A stretch of 63,909 nucleotides of DNA, the filler included, from Choristocarpus tenellus KU-1152 (lineage: Eukaryota; Protista; Phaeophyceae): assembly GCA_964200185.2 (NCBI GenBank). It is 10 parts of 10 records of this genome, joined end to end, with 100 filler letters (N's around TTAATTAATTAA, not from the genome) between each part and the next. Parts side by side here need not be neighbours in the genome. Positions count along the whole stretch, not along the records: positions 61,099 to 63,909 come from CAXNAD020024549.1; 9 more parts are not named here. One strand, 5' to 3'. The position numbers were made by a program, and so were the translations under genes. Shown piece after piece: positions 63,691 to 63,909 of the stretch. The notes beneath the pieces were generated by a model. It had not been told where the DNA came from, did no database searches, and saw nothing but the letters and a program-made list of their open reading frames with translations. Within the stretch, counting starts at the first letter, position 1; each line of letters starts with the position of its first letter.

Positions 63691-63909
63691 CTCATCCCCG
63701 TTACTTCCTGACCTGGTTGTACCCAATCCTTCCTACTCTTTGCTATACCCTTTGACACCAACACTGGGTCCCTCTGGTTATCCCTTACATATCCCGTAAA
63801 GGTCCTCAACTTCAATCTTCCCTCCCTCTGTATTACCAACTCTGATACCCCCATGTTCGCCACTCTTGTGGCTCCCCCTATTCCCCCTGAATGCAAGGCA
63901 TACTCCTTG

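Noticed and set aside
308-63896. Most short ORFs in the supplied six-frame track
   Set aside because: They are intronic, antisense to real exons, or derived from low-complexity or repeat sequence, with no recognisable domains.
1-63909. tRNA, rRNA or snRNA genes
   Set aside because: None was recognisable by eye. An Infernal/tRNAscan-SE run would be needed to exclude them.

Overview
Eukaryotic, intron-rich genomic DNA, most like an ochrophyte alga and probably a brown alga. Supporting signs are GT-AG introns of about 0.1-2 kb, a bipartite plastid-targeting peptide, a nuclear-encoded plastid sigma factor, axonemal dynein and TTAGGG repeats. The window is not contiguous: ten contigs are joined by nine artificial 100-bp N/TTAATTAATTAA spacers, so neighbourhood arguments hold only within a contig. 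I reconstructed spliced genes by hand. Complete genes: a TEX47/DYBLUP-like BLUF-fold ciliary protein, a plastid branched-chain amino acid aminotransferase, and a small ankyrin-repeat protein ending in a CaaX box. Partial genes: an SDT1-like HAD nucleotidase, a sigma-70 factor, a RED/IK-like splicing factor, an outer-arm-type dynein heavy chain with a GC-AG intron, a CPBP/Abi intramembrane protease (head-to-head with the ankyrin gene) and a putative GT-A glycosyltransferase. Mobile DNA includes a decayed Ty1/copia element with LTR and internal-tRNA-Met PBS, a Tc1/IS630-type transposase fragment, a MITE group sharing CAAAGTATCT termini with 4-bp TSDs, a 310-bp foldback, and a 7-kb repeat-rich contig carrying a broken ORF of unknown family. 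No prokaryotic-type system such as CRISPR is present. The most notable leads are the ankyrin-CaaX/CPBP divergent pair, the DYBLUP-like protein and the cryptic element. All family assignments come from motif recognition, not database searches.
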